Assembly: GCF_001194135.2 (NCBI RefSeq)
Contig: NC_068983.1
Location: forward strand, 100,287,385 to 100,351,384
Source of the DNA: Octopus bimaculoides
Taxonomy: Eukaryota
Length of the DNA: 64,000 nucleotides
Direction of reading: 5' to 3'
In this document: positions 63,939-64,000 of the stretch, one piece after another
Position numbering within the stretch: position 1 is the first letter of the stretch
Layout of the letters: the number at the start of each line of letters is the position of its first letter
The notes under the pieces: model-generated
Told to the model about the DNA's origin: nothing
Database searches by the model: none
The model's input: the letters and a program-made list of their open reading frames with translations, nothing else
Made by a program: the position numbers and the translations under genes

Positions 63939-64000
<62 letters not shown>
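63890..64000. repeat. Compound (TCTG)n(TC)n(CA)n microsatellite
   Basis: Direct inspection. Confidence 0.95.

Overview
AT-rich, repeat-dense animal genomic DNA with six N gaps. The SINE, RTE and microsatellite content suggests an octopod cephalopod (inference). (1) Nine coding exons of a + strand melted/VEPH1 gene run from 376 to the stop at 25718, with every splice phase matching and a C-terminal PH domain; the 5' part lies outside the window. (2) A compact, divergent HAUS1 (augmin subunit 1)-like gene is at 44627-46179 (+), first exon not identified. (3) A TATA/Inr/CCAAT/E2F/E-box core promoter at about 49490-49650 has no identifiable gene in the window. (4) Decayed mobile elements: RTE LINEs and their 3' tails, tRNA-derived SINEs, two mariners (one a fold-back derivative), a DD41D rosa-type element, a Chapaev-like remnant, an L1/Tx1 fragment and a Penelope-like RT/GIY-YIG element. 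Most notable: two minimal hammerhead-ribozyme-like motifs in convergent Penelope-type termini at 37.3-37.7 kb, and an abrupt CpG-poor to CpG-rich switch near 37.2 kb. Repeat boundaries are approximate, and all homology calls come from recalled motifs, not database searches.
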